This document shows positions 55,159 to 63,136 of a DNA stretch of 64,000 nucleotides, piece after piece. The stretch is from an uncultured Alphaproteobacteria bacterium (GTDB lineage Bacteria > Pseudomonadota > Alphaproteobacteria > Acetobacterales > Acetobacteraceae), in NCBI GenBank assembly GCA_963789495.1, contig CAWBLP010000031.1:118679-182678 (forward strand), given 5' to 3'. Made by a program: the position numbers and the translations under genes. Each line of letters begins with the position of its first letter. Position 1 is the first letter of the stretch. The notes below the pieces were generated by a model, which did no database searches, was not told where the DNA came from, and saw only the letters and a program-made list of their open reading frames with translations.

Positions 55159-56094
55159 CTGAGAGTCCGACTCGAAATTCGCGTTGCGCTCAGCCTCTCG
55201 CCAATCGGCGGGTCAGTAGCCGAATGTGTGCCAACAGGACCCATGCGGCGGCGCTTTCGATGCAGCCCTCGAAATCCTTTGCCAGGCGCCGACAGCGGCC
55301 GAGCCAGGCAAAGGTTCGCTCCACCACCCATCGCTTCGGGATCACCTCAAATCCTTCGGCCTTGTCGGAGCGCTTGACGATCTCCAGCGTCCAGTTGCCA
55401 TGTCCCTCCAGCGCCCGGCGCAGCTTGCCCCCGGCATAGCCGCCATCGGCGAACACGTGGCGCAGCCAGGGATAGAGTTTGCGAACCGACGCCAGCACGC
55501 TGACCGCTCCGTCGCGGTCCTGGATGCTCGCCATGTGGATGATCAAACCAACCAGGTGCCCGGCGGTGTCGGTCAGGATATGGCGCTTGCGTCCGTTGAG
55601 CTTTTTGCCGCCATCGTAGCCACGCGGGCCGCCCGCTTCGGTGGTTTTGGCCGACTGGCTGTCGATCACGCCCGCGGTCGGACTCGCTTCACGTCCCATC
55701 TTCTCGCGCGCATCCATCACCAGGGCGTGGTTGATCCGTTCCCACACGCCCCGGTCGCGCCAGGCGTAGAAATAGCCCTGGACCGTCGAATATGGCGGGA
55801 AGTCTTTGGGGATCTGCCGCCATTGGCAACCGGTGGAGGCCATATAGAGCAGCGCATTGACCACCTCGCGCAGCGCCCGCTTGCGCGGACGGCCTCGCTG
55901 ATTGGGTGGCGGCATGAACGGTTCGACCAGCAACCACTCCGCGTCGGTCAGGTCGCTTGTGTAGCGCAGTCCAGCCCGCAGATAGTGCGGGCGAGTGATC
56001 TCGGTCCAGGGCATCGCAAATCCGCAGTCTGTCGCAAGCCTACGGAATCGCTCCTGACGGGATCACTCAACCGATTTTTCGGTCAGGCTCTGAG
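55159..56094 (-). mobile_element. IS5-family insertion sequence with 4-bp target-site duplication ATGT
   Basis: Terminal inverted repeats CTGAGAGTCCGAC(T)CGAAA (55159-) and the complement of TTTTTCGGTCAGGCTCTGAG (-56094). ATGT lies immediately outside both ends (55155-55158 and 56095-56098). Confidence 0.8.
55190..56014 (-). CDS. IS5-family DDE transposase
   Basis: 274 aa. LTDAEWLLVEPFMPP, TGCQWRQIPKDFPPYSTVQGYF, VIDSQSAKT, FADGGYAG, KRWVVERTFAWL. Confidence 0.92.
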   Translation of the reverse strand: MPWTEITRPHYLRAGLRYTSDLTDAEWLLVEPFMPPPNQRGRPRKRALREVVNALLYMASTGCQWRQIPKDFPPYSTVQGYFYAWRDRGVWERINHALVMDAREKMGREASPTAGVIDSQSAKTTEAGGPRGYDGGKKLNGRKRHILTDTAGHLVGLIIHMASIQDRDGAVSVLASVRKLYPWLRHVFADGGYAGGKLRRALEGHGNWTLEIVKRSDKAEGFEVIPKRWVVERTFAWLGRCRRLAKDFEGCIESAAAWVLLAHIRLLTRRLARG

Positions 56095-56196
56095 ATGTGC
56101 TACATGGTAGTTGGCGTTGAAAGGCTCGCTTGATGTGGAGGGATAGGTTACACGTCCATTACAATTTAAACATAGGTGGGGGTATATTGTGAGCGG

Positions 56197-57030
56197 TCAC
56201 GGCGGTTTCGAAGGTGGTTGAATTACATTCCCTTCGCGGGTGACGACCGAGCCGGCCTGAAAATTCCTATTACCCCAGTCGCGTTCCCACGGCTGGCAGG
56301 TTTGCGAACGATCTTTGCAGGGCGGCGCGGTGACAAGTAATTTGTTTATCTGCGTAGCTTTGTGGGGGGCTCTCCGAATTGCTTCCCCGCCAACCAATGC
56401 GCCGCCAATGAACAATGCGACGCTGGCAAGGCACAAGACAATCGCTACATATCGCTCCCAAATCCACCACAAGCGCAATCGTGCGGCACGTCGGCGGGCT
56501 ACCTTCGCGTGCTTGGCCATTTCCTGAGCCTGTGGCGGGAAATATTTGCCCTGAATGGTGCGAGCGGTGTGAACAGCATTAGAATAGAAGTAATCTGCCT
56601 TATGAGCAAGCGCGAAAAATGCACAAATACTCGCGACGCTCGCGCTGCAAAGGCCACCCACAAACAGCCCGGCAGTAAGGAGGAGAAGGGAGTGTAATCT
56701 TTCTGCATCAATATTGAACAGCGCAACGACGGCCGGAATGGCGATGATGCCACCACCGTTGAGGATGAACCCGGACTTGATGACCATTTGAGCAAGCGCT
56801 ACTGCCGAGCTTTCACCCAATTTGGCCGCTTCCAAATCCGCCGCCATCTCGGTTTCACGTTCTTCCCGATACTCCTTGCGAACGTCGCGGTGCTCGATCC
56901 ATTGGGGAGAAATTAGCGGAGGGCATTGCCCCGGCTGGCCTGGTACCGGCTGGGGCTGCTGTTGCCCTTGAGTCCACCGCGCCGATATTCGCCATGTGGT
57001 CGGATGCGATGGGCCTGGGTCGTTCATATC
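56197..57030 (-). CDS. Membrane protein with Gln/Pro-rich N-terminus (hypothetical)
   Basis: Start taken at ATG 57030, which overlaps the stop of the upstream 44-codon ORF (ATGA); alternatives are 56847 or 57153. TM segments IIAIPAVVALF, LLLLTAGLFVGGLCSASVASICAFFAL, YVAIVLCLASVALFIGGALV. Confidence 0.55.
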   Translation of the reverse strand, partial: DMNDPGPSHPTTWRISARWTQGQQQPQPVPGQPGQCPPLISPQWIEHRDVRKEYREERETEMAADLEAAKLGESSAVALAQMVIKSGFILNGGGIIAIPAVVALFNIDAERLHSLLLLTAGLFVGGLCSASVASICAFFALAHKADYFYSNAVHTARTIQGKYFPPQAQEMAKHAKVARRRAARLRLWWIWERYVAIVLCLASVALFIGGALVGGEAIRRAPHKATQINKLLVTAPPCKDRSQTCQPWERDWGNRNFQAGSVVTREGNVIQPPSKPP

Positions 57031-57158
57031 GCCATCCGCGGAATCGTGCTGTTGTGGACGTTGTAGCTCCGCGCAATTTTCCGCACCGTCTCGCCGCTGT
57101 CTTTCGGCCAGATCGTCTCGACGCATCGACGTCGAGCGGCCTTCAGCTTGCACCCCAT
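57024..57158 (-). CDS. 44-codon HTH ORF resembling a resolvase/invertase C-terminal DNA-binding domain
   Basis: Hand translation MGCKLKAARRRCVETIWPKDSGETVRKIARSYNVHNSTIPRMAI. Below the ORF-track size cutoff. Starts 2 nt after the stop of the preceding ORF. Confidence 0.4.
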   Translation of the reverse strand: MGCKLKAARRRCVETIWPKDSGETVRKIARSYNVHNSTIPRMAI

Positions 57159-57160
57159 CT

Positions 57161-57397
57161 TCACGCCTCGCGCGAGGGTGTGTTCTCGCCCCTCTCCGGT
57201 GCGATGCCGTGGCGTCCGCCCATACGGATGGTGGCTAGCTTCCGCAGCTCCGCAATAGCTTCCTTCGCTGCTCGTTTGGCGTCTGTGCGATTCAACCCAC
57301 GTTCGCGCATTTGAACCGCCGTGTATCGAGAATAGAGTCTATCCCAGAATCTTCCGCCGAATCCGGTATCAGGCACTTCCAAAATGACCTTGGGCAC
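57161..57397 (-). CDS. Hypothetical small protein
   Basis: 78-aa ORF (MPKVILEVPDTGFGGRFWDRLYSRYTAVQMRERGLNRTDAKRAAKEAIAELRK...) with normal amino-acid composition in the low-GC island. No family recognised. Confidence 0.45.
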   Translation of the reverse strand: MPKVILEVPDTGFGGRFWDRLYSRYTAVQMRERGLNRTDAKRAAKEAIAELRKLATIRMGGRHGIAPERGENTPSREA

Positions 57398-57475
57398 ATT
57401 AGACCCGTTGCGAAAGTCGGCTCCCCGGTCACCGGTGTCCGGCGCGTTCTCACCGGCGGCGTTTCCCTCACCTGA

Positions 57476-58381
57476 TCAGAACGGTCCGAACCCAGCTTGC
57501 AGGTTCACCAGTCCCGCGATGATGGAGATTTTGGTGTGATGCGTCCCAAGTGGGTTGCGAAACCGCTCAGCAGCGATCCTGAACCGCTTCGTTCGTCCGA
57601 TCCGGTGCTCAACCCTGACACGGAATCCACTCAGTCCACGGTTATATGCCTTCTCCTCATCAGTGAGTTTCCCGTTCTTTGGCTTCTTGTATGGACATTC
57701 CAGGTTCCGATGTTCCTTGTCGTACCCCTGGTACGCACTGTCCGCGTAGAGCCGTGCCTTCCTCGGCAGCTTTGGTCCATTGCGACGGATCGCCAGGTCA
57801 TGGTGACTGCCGGGGTGAGAGGGCGAGGCGCTGACGATACGACGATTCCGGGTAACGATGTATTCGGTCTTCACCGTATGGCGCTTCTTCTTGCCGGAGT
57901 AATGCTCTCGCTGTTTGGCGTCCGTGTCAGGACGCTGGATCGGCTGCTCGGTGCAATCGACGATCAGGGCCTCGGCCTCGTTCCGACTGATTTTGGGCTT
58001 CCGTCCAACCCCGATCAGCGGCCGGGCGAGCTTTTCGATCCGCTGGATCGCTCGGCAGATCGCGCTTTTGTTGACGTTGTAGAAGAAGCCCAGGAACTCC
58101 TGGGTGATGTAGCAACGATAATAGATCAGCATGATCAAAAGATGATCTTCCAAACCACCGACGTCCCAGGGGCGGCCGGATTTGGCCTTGTGCAGCTGAG
58201 CTTTCTCCCAGGGGTCCGCGAGTTGCTTCAGCATTTTGTCGAACGTGGCGACGCTGACCCCGGTCAGGCGGACGAAGCTCGTGTTGGCGCGCAACCGGGC
58301 AGCGGAGAACGGACGGGACATCGGGCCGGTACCTTCATGAAGAAGGTTCTCGACGAATCGAATCGTCCCGTGACCTGTCAA
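57476..58381 (-). CDS. Harbinger/PIF-like DDE_Tnp_4 transposase with N-terminal HTH_Tnp_4
   Basis: 301 aa (probably from M21 at 58321). FVRLTGVSVATFDKMLKQL HTH, LIVDCTEQPIQRP (first Asp), GSHHDLAI (second Asp), LYADSAYQG, VRVEHRIGRTKRFRI (Glu). Confidence 0.85.
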   Translation of the reverse strand: MTGHGTIRFVENLLHEGTGPMSRPFSAARLRANTSFVRLTGVSVATFDKMLKQLADPWEKAQLHKAKSGRPWDVGGLEDHLLIMLIYYRCYITQEFLGFFYNVNKSAICRAIQRIEKLARPLIGVGRKPKISRNEAEALIVDCTEQPIQRPDTDAKQREHYSGKKKRHTVKTEYIVTRNRRIVSASPSHPGSHHDLAIRRNGPKLPRKARLYADSAYQGYDKEHRNLECPYKKPKNGKLTDEEKAYNRGLSGFRVRVEHRIGRTKRFRIAAERFRNPLGTHHTKISIIAGLVNLQAGFGPF

Positions 58382-58402
58382 GCTCGGCCGCGCCGGCTCA
58401 GC

Positions 58403-58855
58403 TCACCGACGGAGAGCCGCTAACGTACTCATTTTCGCAACGGGTCTATTCACATCCTGCTTCAAGCGATCACCCTCGCGTCCGGCCTGAATGTAAAGAG
58501 CCTTGGTGGCGAGTATCTGTTCGACAAGAACCCCGTGATTCGTCTTAAGATCAAACTCGACGATAATAACCAATTCGGCAGGACGTAAGAACGACAGGAT
58601 GAGCGCAACGGTATTGTCGTGACTGATGAGCTGACCCCATTGGCACTTCACATCTCCTGCGTTGACGTATTGATGGACGAGAAGATACTCCTCGAAGTCT
58701 GGTCGGCTGCTAGTGTCAAGGATCACCAAGGGAATCAGCCGCCCTTCGCCCAGACCAACGGTAGCGATGGCACCGTCTGCAACAATGCGAAGGGCATCCT
58801 TTTCACGCTCTTGGGTCACCTGGATGAATCCAGTGCGGAATTGGCTAAACAGCAT
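58403..58855 (-). CDS. Hypothetical protein C of the three-gene cassette (soluble, about 150 aa)
   Basis: ATG 58855 overlaps the stop of gene B by 11 nt (earlier in-frame ATGs exist at 58882/58885). Balanced composition; no family recognised. Confidence 0.6.
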   Translation of the reverse strand: MLFSQFRTGFIQVTQEREKDALRIVADGAIATVGLGEGRLIPLVILDTSSRPDFEEYLLVHQYVNAGDVKCQWGQLISHDNTVALILSFLRPAELVIIVEFDLKTNHGVLVEQILATKALYIQAGREGDRLKQDVNRPVAKMSTLAALRR

Positions 58856-59411
58856 GGCGCTTCTCAGTGACCACGAGAGCATCAACGCTCGTCTCGGCTT
58901 GATGACTGTCCGTCAGAACAATCTGATAGCCATCGATCCTGCGTCCGCCGAGAAAGCTGGGTTTAAGGACGAAATCACACCAGCCGGATGCGGTATCGTG
59001 CGCCGCAATTCGGAACGGTGCTATCAGCCGACGATGATCGCTTTTCGGGACACAGAAGCCAACTGACGGCGGCAACTTTACCGTCATCGGTACATCGCCG
59101 TCGATGAGGTAGCGCAGATGCATTTCAATCTGCGCTATCGCATTGTCCGAATTCGTCGGATTTCCTACCGACAACGAAAAAGAATAGACGCGATCACCTG
59201 CGGTCAAGCTTTCAAAGTGGCTGTCCAACAACCTCGGAACAAGCCGAGGCTGTTTCCGCTGTTCCTGTTGTTCCGATAGTCGCAGTGCGCGTGAGGATAC
59301 CCTGAAACTCCCGACAGCAACGACAAGGGCGGCGACTGCCGTGACGGCAACCACAATGTCCGTCCAATCTTTGGCTAACATTTTTAAGATGGCTTGGGCT
59401 TCTTCGATCAT
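58845..59411 (-). CDS. Hypothetical protein B of the cassette (N-terminal TM anchor + beta-rich domain)
   Basis: ATG 59411 overlaps the TGA of gene A (ATGA). TM DIVVAVTAVAALVVAVGSF, then a 140-aa domain of alternating hydrophobic pattern. Confidence 0.65.
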   Translation of the reverse strand: MIEEAQAILKMLAKDWTDIVVAVTAVAALVVAVGSFRVSSRALRLSEQQEQRKQPRLVPRLLDSHFESLTAGDRVYSFSLSVGNPTNSDNAIAQIEMHLRYLIDGDVPMTVKLPPSVGFCVPKSDHRRLIAPFRIAAHDTASGWCDFVLKPSFLGGRRIDGYQIVLTDSHQAETSVDALVVTEKRHAV

Positions 59412-60109
59412 TCGCAAGCTTCGACATCGCGCGGATGTGGCAGTATCAGCCCATGCTTTGCCTGATATCCAGCCTTTGCCTCGATAAGATCACCCACCCA
59501 GTTATCGATGCCCTCAAGGTAATCTGCCAGCTTTTCTAACGCGCTCGACAACTCCCGAATGTCGATGCTGGTTAGGCCAGAGCACAACGATGGTATGCTT
59601 CTTCTAGTCGTTGGGTAACGGAAATGCTGACCGTTAGGGTCATGCTCATGCATCTGCCGGATATAGGAGTTGATGCCTTCAAGGTCATCCATAGGGAAAA
59701 CTGAATTGTCAGCAATTTTGGAAACTGCGTTGAGTAGCGGTCTTGCCAACGTCCACAATTCTGACAAATCGTGTCGAGTTAGCGGATCGCTGCCTTTGCC
59801 GGTTACTGCCTCATCGAGCAGGCTATGGGCACCCCCGATAATCGATTTTAATGCAAGCTCAATGTGGTGCCGATACAAATAGATTATTGGGCAGAACAGA
59901 AAGTCCTGCTCACTCCCCTTATCACAGAGATACTCGACGAGATGGAGCGCCGCCCGGCGGTAACCATCTTGGTAGATGATGCCATCGAAGCCGGATGCGG
60001 CACAGGCCTTAGCCTGCCAGTCAATTCCCGGCCCAAACAAGACATCTGATTTTCGGGGTGGGAGTGACGTTCCAACGGCCGATTCCTCGTCATCCGACAT
60101 ATCAGGCAC
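59408..60109 (-). CDS. Hypothetical protein A of the cassette (all-helical, HEPN-like features)
   Basis: 233 aa (GTG 60109 or ATG 60100). YRHHIELALKSII...TRHDLSELWTLARPLL resembles the HEPN helix pair. One Rx4H string, RQMHEH, is present. Confidence 0.65.
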   Translation of the reverse strand: MPDMSDDEESAVGTSLPPRKSDVLFGPGIDWQAKACAASGFDGIIYQDGYRRAALHLVEYLCDKGSEQDFLFCPIIYLYRHHIELALKSIIGGAHSLLDEAVTGKGSDPLTRHDLSELWTLARPLLNAVSKIADNSVFPMDDLEGINSYIRQMHEHDPNGQHFRYPTTRRSIPSLCSGLTSIDIRELSSALEKLADYLEGIDNWVGDLIEAKAGYQAKHGLILPHPRDVEACE

Positions 60110-60194
60110 CGAATTTGGAAATCATAGCCACGCCGAAGTTACAGGGACGAACAATCTGCGTCGGTAGTTTCCCCTCTCAATTATCGCTTCGAGG

Positions 60195-60491
60195 TCAGAA
60201 GGCATAGATCGCATCAGTCGTAGCGGCTGGCTTCACGTAAGGCTTGGGCCCTTCCCGGTTCACGACATCGACCGGATCGTCGAAGAGCGTTGCGATGTAT
60301 TCCTTCAACCCGACATACTCGTACACACCGATCCGAGCCGCAGGGTCGATCTCGATCATGATATCGGTGTCGCTGTCGGGACGCGCATCGCCCCGCGCGC
60401 GCGAGCCAAACAGCGCCGCATGTGCCACGCCGCGGGCTTTCAGCGCCGCCTCGTTCTCCCGCAGCCGGGCGATGATCTCCTGCCTGTCCAT
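60195..60491 (-). CDS. MNT-type nucleotidyltransferase (Pol-beta superfamily; antitoxin-type of HEPN/MNT modules)
   Basis: 99 aa from ATG 60491. LFGSRARGDARPDSDTDIMIEI is the GSx(n)DxD NTase motif. Confidence 0.85.
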   Translation of the reverse strand: MDRQEIIARLRENEAALKARGVAHAALFGSRARGDARPDSDTDIMIEIDPAARIGVYEYVGLKEYIATLFDDPVDVVNREGPKPYVKPAATTDAIYAF

Positions 60492-60913
60492 GGTTACCCA
60501 CCATAGCATAACACCACGGCATTCGAAGCCGCCAAAAGGCGCCCCGATGCGGCCGTCATCGCGCTGCACTGCAACAAGACCGTCATCGCATCCACCAGCT
60601 CCACTTGCGGCCTTACACTTATCAAATACTTATCAAACCCGTCGACACCGCCAGGGCCCGGTTGGCAGGAAAGCGAACATACGCTGCAGAGGGCAGTGAT
60701 GAAGTGTCGCTTGGCCGGCCGTGCCAAGACACTCGGGCCAAAAATAATCAGCCGCGGCGCAGTCTCGAGCGGCCAGAACTGGGCTTAACCCGCGACGAGG
60801 ACTTATAATTTTACCGGATCGATGCCGACTGATGTAGATCAATGACCGCCATACTCAGCGTGTGTTCATCTGAATGGCCCATATGAATTGGGCCACAAAA
60901 GGAGGCAGGACAC

Positions 60914-61417
60914 ATGCCAATGAAAGATATTCTTTTATTCCTGCACCCCACTTTCGGGGTGCTGGCACTCGTCGCCTCAGTCTGGGTCTTTGTCGAGGCC
61001 CTCAACGCGAGCGAGGCGAACCAACAGCGTATCTGGATCGGCAGCCTCGCCGTCGCAGCATTGTTCGTAGTAACGTGGTTCTTCGCCGGCTGGTACTATA
61101 CGATCTACTACGGCCACGGCGACCAGCAGATCATCGTCAAGGGACCGGTGCCGTGGGCACATAACTTCTTCATGGAAACGAAGGAGCATCTGTTCTTCAT
61201 CCCGGCGATCCTGGCGCTGTTCCTGCCGTTCGTGGCGCGCGTCCGGCTTTCGATGAACCGGCAGGCACGCTCGATGGTGCTGGTGGTCACCGCCTTGATC
61301 GCATTGAACGTGCTGGCGATCGAAGGCGCCGGCGCAATCATCAACTGGGGTGCGAAGACCGCTCTGGCACAAACAGTGGCCGATGCGGCTCCAGCCGCCG
61401 TGAAGGGGACAAAGTGA
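60914..61417 (+). CDS. Integral membrane protein (4 predicted TM), hypothetical
   Basis: 167 aa, ATG after aaaggagg. TM helices LLFLHPTFGVLALVASVWVFV, IGSLAVAALFVVTWFFAGWYY, LFFIPAILALFLPFV, MVLVVTALIALNVLAI. Confidence 0.7.
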   Translation: MPMKDILLFLHPTFGVLALVASVWVFVEALNASEANQQRIWIGSLAVAALFVVTWFFAGWYYTIYYGHGDQQIIVKGPVPWAHNFFMETKEHLFFIPAILALFLPFVARVRLSMNRQARSMVLVVTALIALNVLAIEGAGAIINWGAKTALAQTVADAAPAAVKGTK

Positions 61418-61771
61418 TGGGAACGACAGCAAGAGGGCAGACCTTGCCGAACACCAGGACGGTCGAGAGCAGCAAGGAAACCTTGGCCGCCGCGTTCGGC
61501 CTGTCGGCGGCGATCACAGTGGTGTTCAACGTCGTGCTGGCGTTCGTCAAGGATTTCAACGCCGGCACTCAATGACTTCATGAAGATGCTCACAGGGCAT
61601 CACTGGCGGACCCATGGACTGTTCGACCTGGTGGTGTTTTTCCTGCTGGGCTGGGTGTTCATGCGGAACAGGATCCCGGCCGGTGGGCTGACCAATGGCC
61701 TGGCGGCCACCGTTGCAGTGGCCTCCATCGCGTCCGGTGCGGCGCTGGGCCTCTGGTTCCTGCTGGTCTGA
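61417..61771 (+). pseudogene. Small membrane protein interrupted by a +1 frameshift near 61566
   Basis: MGTTARGQTL...AAITVVFNVVLAFVKDFNAG(stop) continues in the next frame as LNDFMKMLTGHHWRTHGLFDLVVFFLLGWVF...GLWFLLV. Confidence 0.55.
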
Positions 61772-62045
61772 ACCCCGCCTGCCCGAGGCCGTTGGAGGTG
61801 GGTGCAAACCGACCACGAGCACCCACCACCTCTTCCGCAATCTTATCCGCCATCAGTCGCGTTGCGGCGCTGGTCTCGGACTCGCTCCCGTGGCCTGCCA
61901 CCGGCATCGCCCGGCCGGCCCGGCGACCGGCCACCAACCCGCCACCCCAGCCCCGCGGATCGCCGCGTCGCCGGATCGCGCCACCTGCCCAACCCCTCCG
62001 CATCATGGCATCATGCCGCGCAACAGCACCCAACGAGGGAACGAC

Positions 62046-63047
62046 ATGGCAATGCGCATCCTCTGGCCGAACCTGGCCGCCGATCTGATCCCGGCCGTCC
62101 GCGACGTGGTCGGAGACGGCTTCGAAACCGATTTCTGCGCCGGGTTCGCGGAGGTGACCGACACGCAATGGGCCAATGCCGACGCCATCGTCGGCGGCTG
62201 CCCGGCGCAATACATCGACAAGCTGCGCAACTGCCGCATCTTCGTGAAATACGGCGTCGGCTACGACGACGTCGACATCGAGCGCTTCGGCAAGCTCGGC
62301 ATCCCCGTCTGCAACACCCCCGATTACGGCACCCGCGAAGTGGCCGACCACGCGATGGCGCTGATGCTGACCCTGGCCAAAAGCATCGAGTACCACGATC
62401 AGGAACTGCACGCCGATCTGCGCGGCAACTGGCGGCCGGCACATAATCCGTTCGGCCGCCGGCTGTCGGTCTGCACTTATGGCGTGGTCGGCATGGGACG
62501 CATCGGCACCGCCGCCGCGCGCCGCGCCAAGGCGTTCGACATGGATGTGGTGTTCTACGATCCGTACCAGCCGAACGGCTATCAGTTCGCCATCGGCGTC
62601 CGCCGAGCCGATACGCTCGCGGAACTGATGGGGCAGTGCGACTTCGTCAGCATCCATGCGCCGCTGACCGCGGAGACGCGCAATCTGATCGGCGCCGAGG
62701 CGTTCGCCGCGGCAAAGCGCGGCATGATCCTGATCAACACGGCGCGCGGACCGATCGTCGATATCGACGCGCTGTACGACGCGATGAAGGACGGCACCGT
62801 GCTGGCGGCGGGACTGGACGTGCTGCCGGAAGAGCCGGCCAATGCGCAACGCCGCCTCATCGCGGCGTGGCAGAACAACGAAGACTGGATCCGTCATCGC
62901 CTGGTGCTGACGCCGCACTCGGCCTTCTTCACACCGGAGAGCATGCACGACAATCGCACCTTCGCCGCGCGTACCGCGGCGCGGTACCTGCGCGACGGGC
63001 GGCTGGAGAACTGCGTCAACCGGCAATTCCTGGTCGCCCGGAGCTGA
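62046..63047 (+). CDS. D-isomer-specific 2-hydroxyacid dehydrogenase (CtBP-like)
   Basis: ATG 62046. NAD-binding GVVGMGRIGTAAARRAKAF, catalytic region INTARGPIVD ... LTPHSAF. Confidence 0.85.
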   Translation: MAMRILWPNLAADLIPAVRDVVGDGFETDFCAGFAEVTDTQWANADAIVGGCPAQYIDKLRNCRIFVKYGVGYDDVDIERFGKLGIPVCNTPDYGTREVADHAMALMLTLAKSIEYHDQELHADLRGNWRPAHNPFGRRLSVCTYGVVGMGRIGTAAARRAKAFDMDVVFYDPYQPNGYQFAIGVRRADTLAELMGQCDFVSIHAPLTAETRNLIGAEAFAAAKRGMILINTARGPIVDIDALYDAMKDGTVLAAGLDVLPEEPANAQRRLIAAWQNNEDWIRHRLVLTPHSAFFTPESMHDNRTFAARTAARYLRDGRLENCVNRQFLVARS

Positions 63048-63136
63048 CAACGCGGGGCTGGACGCGCGCTACCAAGTGGTAGATATCCAGTCTGACTGGT
63101 ATCATCTGACTGGTATCAAAGGAAGGGACTGACGCA

